Below are positions 18,734-28,302 of a stretch of 34,631 nt of DNA, one piece after another. The stretch lies in the IMG/VR virus record IMGVR_UViG_640753023_000006; one strand, written 5' to 3'. Positions within the stretch are counted from its first letter, which is position 1. Each line of letters opens with the position of its first letter. The position numbers and the translations under genes were made by a program. Under the pieces are notes generated by a model. That model ran no database searches. It saw only the letters and a list, made by a program, of their open reading frames with translations, and was not told the origin of the DNA. Source of the stretch: a virus. Lineage: Duplodnaviria > Heunggongvirae > Uroviricota > Caudoviricetes.

Positions 18734-19077
18734 CAGCGCGTTATCTCGGAATGAATCGCAGTGATGGCCTGACGGTCACTGACCTTGAGCATATCAGCCA
18801 GAGTATCGGCGATATCCTGCGCACACCGGTCGGCTCACGGGTGATGCGTCGTGATTACGGCTCGTTGCTGGCGTCAATGATTGACCAGCCGCAGACTCCG
18901 GCGCTTGAGTTGCAGATTAAGGTCGCCTGTTACATGGCAGTGCTGAAATGGGAACCCCGCGTCACCCTGTCATCCGTCACCACGGCGCGCAGTTTTGACG
19001 GGCGAATGACGGTCACGTTAACCGGTCAGCACAACGACACCGGCCAGCCACTTTCGTTAACCATCCCTGTGAGTTGA
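18730..19077 (+). CDS. W: baseplate wedge protein (P2 gpW, gp25-like)
   Basis: 115-aa product MTARYLGMNRSDGLTVTDLEHISQSIGDILRTPVGSRVMRRDYGS... (GPW/gp25 lysozyme-like fold family); overlaps the V stop. Confidence 0.9.
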   Translation: MTARYLGMNRSDGLTVTDLEHISQSIGDILRTPVGSRVMRRDYGSLLASMIDQPQTPALELQIKVACYMAVLKWEPRVTLSSVTTARSFDGRMTVTLTGQHNDTGQPLSLTIPVS

Positions 19078-19081
19078 AACC

Positions 19082-19990
19082 ATGCCGATTATCGACCTGA
19101 ACCAGCTACCCGCACCGGATGTGGTCGAGGAGCTGGACTTTGAAACCATTCTTGCCGAACGCAAGGCGACACTGATTTCCCTTTACCCGGAAGACCAGCA
19201 GGAGGCGGTCGCCCGTACCCTGACGCTGGAATCCGAACCTCTCGTCAAACTGCTGGAGGAAAATGCTTATCGTGAGCTTATCTGGCGTCAGCGTGTGAAT
19301 GAGGCCGCACGGGCGGTAATGCTGGCCTGTGCCGCCGGTAATGACCTTGATGTGATTGGTGCCAATTACAACACCACGCGCCTGATTATCACCCCGGCAG
19401 ATGATTCGACCCTCCCGCCGACACCGGCAGTGATGGAGTCTGACACCGATTATCGTCTGCGTATTCAGCAGGCGTTTGAGGGCTTAAGCGTCGCCGGGTC
19501 GGTGGGAGCCTATCAGTATCATGGCCGCAGTGCCGACGGGCGTGTCGCGGATATCTCTGTCACCAGTCCGTCTCCGGCCTGCGTCACCATCTCCGTGCTG
19601 TCACGTGAAAATAACGGTGTCGCATCCGAAGACCTGCTGGCCGTGGTGCGTAACGCCCTGAATGGCGAGGACGTCAGACCGGTGGCCGACCGCGTGACCG
19701 TGCAGTCTGCCGCCATTGTTGAATACCAGATAAACGCCACGCTTTACCTTTACCCTGGTCCCGAAAGCGAACCCATCCGCGCTGCTGCCGTGAAAAAACT
19801 GGAAGCGTACATCACGGCACAGCACCGGCTTGGGCGCGACATCCGTCTGTCTGCCATTTATGCCGCTTTGCATGTGGAAGGCGTGCAGCGTGTCGAACTG
19901 ACTGCACCGCTGGCTGACATTGTGCTCAACAGTACGCAGGCGTCTTTCTGTACTGAATACAGCGTCGTGACCGGAGGCTCGGATGAGTGA
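19082..19990 (+). CDS. J: baseplate protein (P2 gpJ)
   Basis: 302-aa product MPIIDLNQLPAPDVVEELDFETILAERKATLISLYPEDQQEAVA... Confidence 0.9.
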   Translation: MPIIDLNQLPAPDVVEELDFETILAERKATLISLYPEDQQEAVARTLTLESEPLVKLLEENAYRELIWRQRVNEAARAVMLACAAGNDLDVIGANYNTTRLIITPADDSTLPPTPAVMESDTDYRLRIQQAFEGLSVAGSVGAYQYHGRSADGRVADISVTSPSPACVTISVLSRENNGVASEDLLAVVRNALNGEDVRPVADRVTVQSAAIVEYQINATLYLYPGPESEPIRAAAVKKLEAYITAQHRLGRDIRLSAIYAALHVEGVQRVELTAPLADIVLNSTQASFCTEYSVVTGGSDE

Positions 19991-20513
19991 TTCGCGACTG
20001 CTGCCAACTGGCTCATCGCCGCTTGAAGTCGCCGCCGCAAAAGCCTGTGCGGAAATTGAAAAAACACCGGTCAGTATTCGTGAGCTGTGGAACCCGGACA
20101 CCTGCCCGGCAAATCTGCTGCCGTGGCTGGCGTGGTCATTTTCGGTCGACAGGTGGGATGATAAATGGCCGGAAGCGACCAAACGCGCTGTTATCCGCGA
20201 TGCGTATTTCATTCACTGCCATAAGGGCACTATTGGTGCGATTCGCCGTGTGGTGGAGCCGCTCGGCTATCTGATTGAGGTGAGGGAGTGGTGGCAACTC
20301 AACGAGGAGCCGGGGACGTTCCGTATCGTTGTTGGCGTGCTTGAGCAGGGTATTACCGAGGAAATGTATCAGGAGCTGGAGCGCCTCGTTGCTGATGCCA
20401 AACCGGCAAGCCGTCACCTTATTGGCCTGAACATTACCCGGGACATTCCCGGCTATCTGTTCGCCGGTGGTGTGGCTTACGACGGCGATGTAATTACGGT
20501 TTACCCCGGATAA
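19983..20513 (+). CDS. I: baseplate/tail formation protein (P2 gpI)
   Basis: 176-aa product MSDSRLLPTGSSPLEVAAAKACAEIEKTPVSIRELWNPDTCPANLLPWLAW...; overlaps the J end. Confidence 0.9.
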   Translation: MSDSRLLPTGSSPLEVAAAKACAEIEKTPVSIRELWNPDTCPANLLPWLAWSFSVDRWDDKWPEATKRAVIRDAYFIHCHKGTIGAIRRVVEPLGYLIEVREWWQLNEEPGTFRIVVGVLEQGITEEMYQELERLVADAKPASRHLIGLNITRDIPGYLFAGGVAYDGDVITVYPG

Positions 20514-20523
20514 GTGAGGAATA

Positions 20524-22533
20524 ATGAGCATAAAATTCAGAACCGTTATCACCACTGCCGGTGCAGCAAAGCTGGCAGCGGCAACCGCGCCGGGAAGGCG
20601 GAAGGTCGGCATTACCACGATGGCCGTCGGGGATGGCGGTGGTAAATTGCCTGTCCCGGATGCCGGACAGACCGGGCTTATCCATGAAGTCTGGCGACAT
20701 GCGCTGAACAAAATCAGCCAGGACAAACGAAACAGTAATTATATTATCGCCGAGCTGGTTATTCCGCCGGAGGTGGGCGGTTTCTGGATGCGTGAGCTTG
20801 GCCTGTACGATGATGCGGGAACGTTAATTGCCGTGGCGAACATGGCCGAAAGCTATAAGCCAGCCCTTGCCGAAGGCTCAGGACGTTGGCAGACCTGTCG
20901 CATGGTCATCATCGTCAGCAGTGTGGCCTCAGTGGAGCTGACCATTGACACCACAACGGTGATGGCGACGCAGGATTACGTTGATGACAAAATTGCAGAG
21001 CACGAACAGTCACGACGTCACCCGGACGCCTCGCTGACAGCAAAAGGTTTTACTCAGTTAAGCAGTGCGACCAACAGCACGTCTGAAACACTGGCCGCAA
21101 CGCCGAAAGCGGTAAAGGCCGCGTATGACCTGGCTAACGGGAAATATACCGCACAGGACGCCACCACAGCGCGAAAAGGCCTTGTCCAGCTTAGTAGCGC
21201 CACCAACAGCACGTCTGAAACGCTCGCCGCAACACCAAAAGCCGTTAAGACGGTAATGGATGAAACGAACAAAAAAGCGCCATTAAACAGCCCTGCACTG
21301 ACCGGAACGCCAACGACGCCAACTGCGCGACAGGGAACGAATAATACTCAGATCGCAAACACGGCTTTCGTTATGGCCGCGATTGCCGCCCTTGTAGACT
21401 CGTCGCCTGACGCACTGAATACGCTGAACGAGCTGGCGGCGGCGCTGGGCAATGACCCGAATTTTGCTACCACCATGACTAATGCGCTTGCGGGTAAGCA
21501 ACCGAAAGATGCTACCCTGACGGCGCTGGCGGGGCTTGCTACTGCGGCAGACAGGTTTCCGTATTTTACGGGGAATGATGTTGCCAGCCTGGCGACCCTG
21601 ACAAAAGTCGGGCGGGATATTCTGGCTAAATCGACCGTTGCCGCCGTTATCGAATATCTCGGTTTACAGGAAACGGTAAACCGAGCCGGGAACGCCGTGC
21701 AAAAAAATGGCGATACCTTGTCCGGTGGACTTACTTTTGAAAACGACTCAATCCTTGCCTGGATTCGAAATACTGACTGGGCGAAGATTGGATTTAAAAA
21801 TGATGCCGATGGTGACACTGATTCATACATGTGGTTTGAAACGGGGGATAACGGCAATGAATATTTCAAATGGAGAAGCCGCCAGAGTACCACAACAAAA
21901 GACCTGATGACGTTGAAATGGGATGCACTAAATATTCTTGTTAATGCCGTCATTAATGGCTGTTTTGGAGTTGGTACGACGAATGCACTAGGTGGTAGCT
22001 CTATTGTTCTTGGTGATAATGATACCGGATTTAAACAGAATGGAGACGGTATTCTTGATGTTTATGCTAACAGTCAGCGTGTATTCCGTTTTCAGAATGG
22101 AGTGGCTATTGCTTTTAAAAATATTCAGGCAGGTGATAGTAAAAAGTTCTCGCTATCCAGCTCTAATACATCCACGAAGAATATTACCTTTAATTTATGG
22201 GGTGCTTCCACCCGTCCAGTGGTTGCAGAGTTAGGCGATGAGGCCGGATGGCATTTCTATAGCCAGCGAAATACAGATAACTCGGTAATATTTGCTGTTA
22301 ACGGTCAGATGCAACCCAGCAACTGGGGAAATTTTGATTCCCGCTATGTGAAAGATGTTCGCCTGGGTACGCGAGTTGTTCAATTGATGGCGCGAGGTGG
22401 TCGTTATGAAAAAGCCGGACACACGATTACCGGATTAAGAATCATTGGTGAAGTAGATGGCGATGATGAAGCCATCTTCAGGCCGATACAAAAATACATC
22501 AATGGCACATGGTATAACGTTGCGCAGGTGTAA
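20524..22533 (+). CDS. H: tail fiber protein (P2 gpH)
   Basis: 669 aa; conserved N-terminus MSIKFRTVITTAGAAKLAAATAPGRRKVGITTMAVGDGGGKLPVPDAGQTGLIHEVWRHALNK...; internal tail-fibre repeats; more AT-rich, divergent C-terminal receptor-binding part. Confidence 0.9.
   Translation: MSIKFRTVITTAGAAKLAAATAPGRRKVGITTMAVGDGGGKLPVPDAGQTGLIHEVWRHALNKISQDKRNSNYIIAELVIPPEVGGFWMRELGLYDDAGTLIAVANMAESYKPALAEGSGRWQTCRMVIIVSSVASVELTIDTTTVMATQDYVDDKIAEHEQSRRHPDASLTAKGFTQLSSATNSTSETLAATPKAVKAAYDLANGKYTAQDATTARKGLVQLSSATNSTSETLAATPKAVKTVMDETNKKAPLNSPALTGTPTTPTARQGTNNTQIANTAFVMAAIAALVDSSPDALNTLNELAAALGNDPNFATTMTNALAGKQPKDATLTALAGLATAADRFPYFTGNDVASLATLTKVGRDILAKSTVAAVIEYLGLQETVNRAGNAVQKNGDTLSGGLTFENDSILAWIRNTDWAKIGFKNDADGDTDSYMWFETGDNGNEYFKWRSRQSTTTKDLMTLKWDALNILVNAVINGCFGVGTTNALGGSSIVLGDNDTGFKQNGDGILDVYANSQRVFRFQNGVAIAFKNIQAGDSKKFSLSSSNTSTKNITFNLWGASTRPVVAELGDEAGWHFYSQRNTDNSVIFAVNGQMQPSNWGNFDSRYVKDVRLGTRVVQLMARGGRYEKAGHTITGLRIIGEVDGDDEAIFRPIQKYINGTWYNVAQV
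21046..21249 (+). repeat. tandem 132-bp (44-aa) coding repeat inside H (phage tail-fibre repeat)
   Basis: Two copies starting 21046 and 21178 encoding KGFTQLSSATNSTSETLAATPKAVK... and KGLVQLSSATNSTSETLAATPKAVK...; near-identical at the DNA level over about 60 bp per copy. Confidence 0.75.
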
Positions 22534-22536
22534 GTT

Positions 22537-23064
22537 ATGCAGCATTTAAAGAACATTAAGTCAGGTAATCCAAAAACAAAAGAGCAATATCAGCTAACAA
22601 AGAATTTTGATGTTATCTGGTTATGGTCCGAAGACGGAAAAAACTGGTATGAGGAAGTGAAGAACTTTCAGCCAGACACAATAAAGATTGTTTACGATGA
22701 AAATAATATTATTGTCGCTATCACCAGAGATGCTTCAACGCTTAATCCTGAAGGTTTTAGCGTTGTTGAGGTTCCTGATATTACCTCCAACCGACGTGCT
22801 GACGACTCAGGTAAATGGATGTTTAAGGATGGTGCTGTGGTTAAACGGATTTATACGGCAGATGAACAGCAACAACAGGCAGAATCACAAAAGGCCGCGT
22901 TACTTTCCGAAGCGGAAAACGTTATTCAGCCACTGGAACGCGCTGTCAGGCTGAATATGGCGACGGATGAGGAACGTGCACGACTGGAGTCATGGGAACG
23001 TTACAGCGTTCTGGTCAGCCGTGTGGATCCTGCAAATCCTGAATGGCCGGAAATGCCGCAATAA
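22537..23064 (+). CDS. G: tail fiber assembly chaperone (P2 gpG-like)
   Basis: 175-aa product [41 protein letters not shown]... with the C-terminal tail-fibre-assembly signature (...[28 protein letters not shown]); immediately downstream of H. Confidence 0.85.
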   Translation: MQHLKNIKSGNPKTKEQYQLTKNFDVIWLWSEDGKNWYEEVKNFQPDTIKIVYDENNIIVAITRDASTLNPEGFSVVEVPDITSNRRADDSGKWMFKDGAVVKRIYTADEQQQQAESQKAALLSEAENVIQPLERAVRLNMATDEERARLESWERYSVLVSRVDPANPEWPEMPQ

Positions 23065-23432
23065 GTTGTATGACCTCTGTTGTGAACTTACATATCTATG
23101 GCACAGAGTAAAGCCTAATCTGAAGTCCACTCTGTGCCAAAAGCGGACCTTATAAACAAGAACAATGGTCATATCAGTGTGTTTTGATTGCATAGCTAAC
23201 GTGCGTCTTCCTGTACAGAATCATAAGATGATAGGGCATAGGAGATGATTATTATCGCGTGTTTTAAAAATAGCTTTCTGCATCAAGTGTCACTTGCGAA
23301 GAGGTATTGGCGCTATGATTGGCATCACTCAGTTCAGATAATATTTTAAATATTTGGTAAATGTTCAGATTACACAATTCGGTCTGCGTCCCGTTAAAAT
23401 TATCTACTATTAGTTATTACTATGAGGTGAAT

Positions 23433-23474
23433 GGCAAGTGTTTTCCACTCGCCATTTTTGTTTTTTATTTTTTT
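23433..23474 (+). terminator. candidate plus-strand intrinsic terminator at the 3' end of cargo island 2
   Basis: Stem GGCAAGTG (23433-23440), loop TTTTC, stem CACTCGCC (23446-23453; 7 of 8 pairs), followed by ATTTTTGTTTTTTATTTTTTT. The T-run overlaps the last Lys codons of the minus-strand NTPase gene. Oriented to stop rightward (H-G late) transcripts. Confidence 0.45.
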
Positions 23475-25051
23475 AAAGCCTTTCCGACGTTTAAGGATTT
23501 TGCCAAGCCATAAAATATTTGATATTTCATTCCTGTTTTTATTTTTGGTGAGATATTTGCGTAACTTCTTTCTCTAAAACACCAACGTATAAACCTATTA
23601 TTATCTTCGGTTGTTTCTATATAGCATATTACATTGAGACCAAAAAGAAACTGAAGGAAGTCATTTGCAGTTGTCATGAATTTTGGTTTTGTTGTGGAAA
23701 TGGAACTAATATGAGTTTCAAGTTGTTTATATGCTAAGAGGTATTCAGCGTAATCAAAAGTATCTTTTCCAGAGAGGAATTCAAAGAACTTTAAAAAAAT
23801 CTCATAATGTTCACTTCCATAATAAAATGATAAATGATCTTTTATTTCTCCAAGTAAATAGTTAGAGTAATCTCTTTGCATGCTAGGACTTTCAAAGTCA
23901 TCTAGACTAAATTGATTTTTCCCATCATCACCGCTGGCGTGTGATTTGATAATTTCGAGCATCCGTAATATATCTCTTGGGCGATAATATGACCAGCGAA
24001 GGAAATTAATAAATGATGTGGGGTGGTTATAATTATCATGGACGTTGGGTGAATCCCAAGGGAAATAATGGTCCCATGCCTGTCCCTTTTTAAGGGCCAT
24101 GTCTTGCTGAGTCCTAAGCAGATGATCTAATACCTCAAATAATTGAGAGCTACGGTGGTTAACATATTCTGTCCGCCAGTCCAAGAATACTGAATTATCT
24201 CTGATTTTTGCGTTTTGATTTTGTAATCCTATGGATTCAAATATATCTGGCCTGATCAAGAGAACGGCCTTCATTCTCCCTTTTCCTCCCTTTATACTTG
24301 GGAAGAAATCGTTGTTAATCTCCCAGACTGCGTGAGCTAATCCTTTTATACATTCTAGATAATCATCGTATGGAATTGAGGAAGGGCGGATATCAATACC
24401 ATCGATAAATAAAATATGATTTTGAGATAAACGTATTTGGCTAAAGGCCTCTTCAAATTTTTTTTGTATATAAAATAAATTTATCTGAAATCTGCTCTCA
24501 GAAAAAGATAAAGACTCTCTTTCTTCACCTTTTAAGGTTGCATGCTTATGAAGTAGTTCGGCTGCAACTTTTGACTCTTGAACAAAACTGAGGGCTTGAA
24601 TTATTTCTGGTGAAAATGCCTTAAGATAATACTCATCTATTGCATCATTAAGTGATGAGAATTTTGAATAATTTAGTAACTTTGAAATTTTCCCTTCTTT
24701 ATCTAATACTTGTTTTGATATTAATAAATATAGAATAACTTTCCATATGCCAGAGAAGTCAGACAAATTTAAATGCTTTTCAGATTTAAGAGTGATAAAT
24801 TTTTGATATTCTGTCTCTCTTATATATTTAGTTGTAGCTAGCGTATTGTTAATATTGTTATTTGAGAGATAGATAGAGTATGCGGTTTTACCAGTACCTT
24901 TCTCTCCTACAAGAAACGATATATTTGGTTCACATAATCTAGATAGGTGATTATCACGTATGAACACTTTGTTAAGTAATTCTTTATTCTCCCTTCTCTT
25001 ATAATTTTCAGCATCAGCATAGCCAAGAGTTAGATCTTTGATTGGTATCAT
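23465..25051 (-). CDS. P-loop NTPase with NACHT/KAP-like Walker B; candidate single-gene anti-phage defence protein (Z/fun hotspot)
   Basis: 528 aa; ATG at 25049-25051 with GAGGT 5 nt upstream. Walker A VGEKGTGKTA (DNA 24884-24907); Walker B-like NHILFIDGIDIR about 160 aa later; YYRPRDILRMLE motif; C-terminal about 250 aa without recognisable motifs. AT-rich; located between G and FI. Confidence 0.8.
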   Translation of the reverse strand: MIPIKDLTLGYADAENYKRRENKELLNKVFIRDNHLSRLCEPNISFLVGEKGTGKTAYSIYLSNNNINNTLATTKYIRETEYQKFITLKSEKHLNLSDFSGIWKVILYLLISKQVLDKEGKISKLLNYSKFSSLNDAIDEYYLKAFSPEIIQALSFVQESKVAAELLHKHATLKGEERESLSFSESRFQINLFYIQKKFEEAFSQIRLSQNHILFIDGIDIRPSSIPYDDYLECIKGLAHAVWEINNDFFPSIKGGKGRMKAVLLIRPDIFESIGLQNQNAKIRDNSVFLDWRTEYVNHRSSQLFEVLDHLLRTQQDMALKKGQAWDHYFPWDSPNVHDNYNHPTSFINFLRWSYYRPRDILRMLEIIKSHASGDDGKNQFSLDDFESPSMQRDYSNYLLGEIKDHLSFYYGSEHYEIFLKFFEFLSGKDTFDYAEYLLAYKQLETHISSISTTKPKFMTTANDFLQFLFGLNVICYIETTEDNNRFIRWCFRERSYANISPKIKTGMKYQIFYGLAKSLNVGKALKK

Positions 25052-25441
25052 TATTACCTCAACTAAAGCAATTGAAAAACATATGGTTATAAAAACATAG
25101 CGCTGCTCTGTCGCATATTGTGGATATCAACATATGAAATGTAAAGGAACTATTTGTGGATGAATGAACCGAATCGCTGTAGCTTCGGTAGTCATCTTTC
25201 AGACTTGTATAAATGAACAACTTCCGCTTCTCGCTCAAAGGAAACTGTCAGATTTGATAGCTTTTGGGCTATGTAAACTGTCAGTCGGAAAATGAGTGAG
25301 TACAAATCAGGGCAGGTGAGCGAATTGCCCGCCTTTTCTTTACCGGTGGTTGTGCTGTCGATTAGCCAACCGGGACAAATAGCCTGACATCTCCGGCACA
25401 ACTGAAAATAACACTCACCCATTAACCACGGAGTTAAACGG

Positions 25442-25805
25442 ATGAGTGACTATCATCACGGCGTGCAGGTGCTGGAGATTAACGACGGCACCCGCGTCAT
25501 TTCCACCGTATCCACCGCCATTGTTGGCATGGTCTGCACGGCCAGCGATGCGGATGCGGAAACCTTCCCCGTCAATAAACCGGTGCTGATCACCAATGTG
25601 CAGAGCGCGATTGCAAAGGCCGGTAAAAAAGGCACGCTGGCGGCATCGTTGCAGGCCATCGCTGACCAGTCAAAACCGGTCACCGTTGTCGTGCGCGTGG
25701 AAGACGGAACCGGCGACGACGAAGAAACGAAACTCGCGCAGACCGTTTCCAATATCATCGGCACCACTGACGAAAACGGTCAGTACACCGGACTGAAAGC
25801 CCTGC
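25442..25805 (+). pseudogene. FI: tail sheath gene FI, 5' fragment (disrupted by IS insertion)
   Basis: [43 protein letters not shown]... matches the P2 sheath N-terminus up to ...QYTGLKALL, then reads into IS sequence ([16 protein letters not shown], stop at 25858). Confidence 0.9.
25801..25805 (+). repeat. target-site duplication (left copy), CCTGC
   Basis: CCTGC immediately 5' of the IS left terminus; identical 5-mer at 28388-28392 immediately 3' of the right terminus. Removing the IS and one copy restores the FI reading frame (...[11 protein letters not shown]...). Confidence 0.75.
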
Positions 25806-25998
25806 TGCGTATTTTCATGAAAGGAGATCACTCAATAACTTCCATCGAGATCGGGTAATAACATTTGAACAGATCGCTGAATAACATCGATGGAGATCAC
25901 TTTTGACTCATTTTGTTATTCAGTGATCTCCATCAATGTTATTGGAACTTCACAGGTGTGTTGATCTGTATCTTTTGCCATTCCGGTAAAGGATACCT

Positions 25999-27541
25999 AT
26001 GCCAACAGTTCCAATTTCTATGAGAAAACTTAAAGAAATTCTTAGGCTTAAATACGGTGTTGGACTCAGCCATCGACAAATTGGTCGTAGTCTTGCAATC
26101 TCCCCTTCCGTTGTATCCAGATATGCTAATCGGGCGGCTCAACTTGGCATAAAGCAGTGGCCCTTACCTACAGGATGGGATGATACAAAACTAAAACATG
26201 CGTTCCTTCAGACCCAGGTTAAGATGAAGAAGCACTCTCTGCCTGACTGGGCTACAGTACACCGGGAACTGCGTAATAAATGCGTGACGCTGCAGCTACT
26301 CTGGGAAGAATACTGTGAGCGTAATCCAGGCGGTTTTTACAGCTATAACCATTACTGCCGGATGTACCGTGAATGGCTCAAAACCACTTCACCATCAATG
26401 CGTCAGGTACATAAAGCTGGCGAAAAACTTTTCGTTGATTACTGTGGACCTACCGTTGGCGTTACCGACCCTGAGACCGGAGAAATAAGAACTGCTCAGG
26501 TCATCGTAGCTGTTCTCGGGGCATCAAGTTACACATGGGCAGAGGCCACCTGGTCTCAGCAGCTTGAAGACTGGGTGATGAGTCATGTTCGCTGCTTCCA
26601 GTGGTTGGGTGGCGTTCCTGAACTTGTTGTTCCGGACAATCTGAAAAGCGCCACATCCAGGGCATGTAAGTATGATCCTGACGTTAACCCTACCTACCAG
26701 CAGATGCTTGAGCATTATAATGTCGCAGTTTTGCCTGCGCGGCCACGTAAACCGAAAGATAAAGCCAAAGCTGAAGTTGGCGTTCAGGTTGTTGAACGCT
26801 GGATCATGGCCCGAATCAGGCATGAGATCTTCTACAGCCTTGCATCGCTTAATCAGCGCATTCGGGAGTTGCTGGAAAGACTGAATAACAAAATAATGCA
26901 GAAGTTGGGTTATTCACGTGCAGAACTCTTCATCCAGCTTGATAAACCCGCACTGAAGCCTCTTCCTGAAGCCAGTTACAGTTACACCCTGGGTGAAGAA
27001 AGTCAGAGTTCATGCCGATTACCACGTGGAAATCGACAAACATTACTACTCGGTTCCATGTTCGCTGTTAGGCCAGCAACTGGAAGCATGGATCTCCGGA
27101 GAACTGGTAAGACTCTTCAATCAGGGGCAGGAGGTTGCTGTGCACCCGCGCAAGCGTACTTATGGCTACAGTACCCGCAACGAGCACATGCCTGAAGCTC
27201 ATCGACAGCATGCCACCTGGACGCCAGAGCGTCTTCTGGAATGGGCGGGGCACATAGGCAGTGAAACTCATAGTTATGTGCTTCATATACTGAACTCTCG
27301 TCCACATCCGGAACAAAGCTATCGCTTCTGCCTTGGACTCCTGAACCTTCATAAAAAATACAGTAAAGCCAGACTTAATGCAGCATGTGCAAGAGCTCTG
27401 AAAACAAAGGTATGGCGTCTGTCAGGTATTAAATCGATCCTGGAAAAAGGTCTGGATAAACAACCTGTTCAGGATCCAAAACCAGATCTGTTATCCACGA
27501 TGGAACACGAAAACGTACGCGGCAGTGAGTATTACCACTGA
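25999..27541 (+). pseudogene. istA: IS21-family transposase IstA, apparently frameshifted
   Basis: The N-terminal 331 codons (HTH MRKLKEILRLKYGVGLSHRQIGRSLAISPSVVSRY plus DDE-type core) are in one frame from 25999; the C-terminal about 180 aa (KKVRVHADYHVEIDKHYYSVP...) continue in the +1 frame from about 26990. The shift lies at or near the CCC run 26987-26989. Confidence 0.75.
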
Positions 27542-27552
27542 TACGGGATCCA

Positions 27553-28302
27553 ATGATGAATCATCTTTACGAACAACTGACCGCACTTAAACTCACCGGC
27601 TTCCGTGATGCGCTTAAAAAGCAACTTGCTCAGCCGGGCACATACCAGGAGCTGGGCTTCGAAGAACGCCTGTCATTACTGACAGCAGAAGAACTAACCT
27701 GCCGTGAAAACAGGAAGGCAGAGCGTCTGATCAAACATGCACGGTTCAGACTTAATGCTGAGTTATCAAAGCTGGATTATCGTAACAATAGAGGGCTGGA
27801 CAGGGCCCTCATCCGTTCACTCAGTCAGGGAAACTGGTTAACCCTGAAACAAAATATTTTACTGACCGGGGCCACCGGCAGCGGTAAAACGTTCCTGGCA
27901 TGTGCACTTGGTCATAATGCCTGCCGACAGGGATACAAGGTCTACTATTATCGCCTTAAAGCGCTGATGGAACAGTGCTATCAGGGGCATGCTGATGGAA
28001 GATACAGCAAACTTTTGACCAGGCTGAATAATAGCGATCTGCTGCTTCTGGATGACTGGGGGCTGGAACCTCTCTCATCAGAACAGCGTAGCGACCTGCT
28101 GGAAATAGTGGATCTGATGTACCAACGAGGCTCAATCATCGTAGTGAGCCAGTTGCCGGTGGAAAACTGGTACAAAATGATCGGAGACTCCACACATGCG
28201 GATGCCATCCTAGATCGACTGGTTCATGGCAGTATCAAGATCGAACTTAAAGGAGAATCAATGCGGAAAATACAATCTCCGTTGACCGAAGGAGATCAGT
28301 GA
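27553..28302 (+). CDS. istB: IS21-family helper ATPase IstB
   Basis: 249 aa with Walker A LLTGATGSGKTFLACALG and Walker B LLLLDDWGLEP; typical IstB/DnaC-like AAA+ helper downstream of istA. Confidence 0.9.
   Translation: MMNHLYEQLTALKLTGFRDALKKQLAQPGTYQELGFEERLSLLTAEELTCRENRKAERLIKHARFRLNAELSKLDYRNNRGLDRALIRSLSQGNWLTLKQNILLTGATGSGKTFLACALGHNACRQGYKVYYYRLKALMEQCYQGHADGRYSKLLTRLNNSDLLLLDDWGLEPLSSEQRSDLLEIVDLMYQRGSIIVVSQLPVENWYKMIGDSTHADAILDRLVHGSIKIELKGESMRKIQSPLTEGDQ

Noticed and set aside
21046-21249. Tandem repeat in H as a possible CRISPR-like or non-coding repeat array
   Set aside because: Only two copies, in frame inside the tail fiber gene, and encoding a known tail-fibre peptide repeat; not a CRISPR array.
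22967-23155. 62-aa ORF spanning the end of G and the island boundary
   Set aside because: Overlaps the G C-terminus in another frame and runs into the inverted-repeat region; no start signals.
25192-25422. 76-aa minus-strand ORF upstream of the NTPase gene with a Cys-rich N-terminus ([13 protein letters not shown])
   Set aside because: No Shine-Dalgarno sequence; its 5' part overlaps the region immediately upstream of FI that should carry the FI late promoter/leader; composition changes mid-ORF. Kept as a low-probability possible small partner gene only.
25300-25441. Search for the Ogr-dependent late promoter element (TGT-N12-ACA dyad) upstream of FI and in the P/O divergent region (11688-11830)
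   Set aside because: I could not find a convincing match by eye. Partial dyads exist (e.g. TTGTGC...GCACAA at 25349-25398; GTGCC-N18-GGCAC at 18033-18065 upstream of V) but the spacing does not fit my recollection of the consensus, so no promoter feature is claimed.
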